From Candidatus Micrarchaeota archaeon (GTDB taxonomy: Archaea > Micrarchaeota > Micrarchaeia > Norongarragalinales > UBA8480), in contig JAKAOM010000002.1 of assembly GCA_021812145.1 (NCBI GenBank), positions 13,687-77,686 of the forward strand: a DNA stretch of 64,000 nucleotides, in the 5' to 3' direction. The position numbers and the translations under genes were made by a program. Below are positions 63,700 to 64,000 of the stretch, piece by piece; positions within the stretch are counted from its first letter, which is position 1; each line of letters opens with the position of its first letter. The notes under the pieces were generated by a model. It was given only the letters and a program-made list of their open reading frames with translations. It had not been told where the DNA came from and did no database searches.

Positions 63700-64000
63700 A
63701 CGCTGAAAAGATAGAGGAGTTTATAGGCACTCAAAAAGCAAAAGTTTTAGAGGTTACTTCCAAGTACCCTGAGAAGAAAAGTCTGGACGTTGACTTCAAG
63801 GAGCTTGATTTTTTCGACGGGGATTTGGCTGACTATCTTCTTGAAAAACCCGACGAATTCACAAGAGAGTTTGAAAAACAATTAAAAGTTGAAACAAGCG
63901 GTTTAAAAGTTCACGCCAGATTCTACAACCTTCCGGACGTGGCAAGCGTTGACGTTCAAAAACTCGGAGAGGAGCATCTGAACAAGCTTGTAAAAGTGGA
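63696..64000 (+). CDS. mcm: MCM replicative helicase, N-terminal fragment (continues beyond the window)
   Basis: MNAEKIEEFIGTQKAKVLEVTSKYPEKKSLDVDFKELDFFDGDLADYLLEKPDEF...VQKLGEEHLNKLVKV is the typical archaeal MCM N-terminal helical bundle leading into the OB domain. Confidence 0.75.
   Translation, partial: MNAEKIEEFIGTQKAKVLEVTSKYPEKKSLDVDFKELDFFDGDLADYLLEKPDEFTREFEKQLKVETSGLKVHARFYNLPDVASVDVQKLGEEHLNKLVKV

Overview
This is a gene-dense, AT-rich archaeal chromosome segment. Archaeal identity rests on a 16S-tRNAAla-23S operon with archaeal signature sequences, TFB, Gar1, RpoP, a thermosome, the N-terminus of MCM, and a uL3-uL4-uL23-uL2-uS19-uL22-uS3-uL29 operon. Several traits suggest a small-genome, DPANN-like lineage; this is inference only. 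They are three very large N/S/T-rich, sequon-laden surface proteins (one runs off the left edge), tRNAs with non-canonical T-loop introns, five toxin-antitoxin-like pairs, and several bacterial-type genes. Housekeeping genes include hisS with tRNA-His directly upstream, trxB, a GDPD phosphodiesterase, an ABC-2 transporter, thrC, a SpoU/TrmJ methyltransferase, scpA and a Tes-like radical SAM enzyme. Promoters look like TTTAAATA-type TATA boxes. The usual ribosome-binding site is GGTGA, matching the 16S 3' end ...GATCACCTCA. No CRISPR array, transposase, integrase or 5S rRNA was seen. Four leads stand out. (1) At 32.98-38.7 kb, an operator-flanked cluster encodes membrane-anchored proteins with a CC...CNH cysteine motif and ...GGC(S/N) or SCGV C-terminal tails, a Met-rich small protein, an orphan CuA-type cupredoxin and a NapH/CcoG-like polyferredoxin. 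(2) At 5.1-10.3 kb, an island between the two divergent giant surface-protein genes encodes a Pif1-like helicase with a WYL-like tail, a PIN pair, a bona fide GGDEF (GGEEF) cyclase and a wHTH regulator with phased TCATGA sites. (3) Bacterial MEP-pathway genes dxs and ispE are present. (4) TA genes have conserved N-termini that begin at AUA, AUC or AUU rather than at a canonical start.
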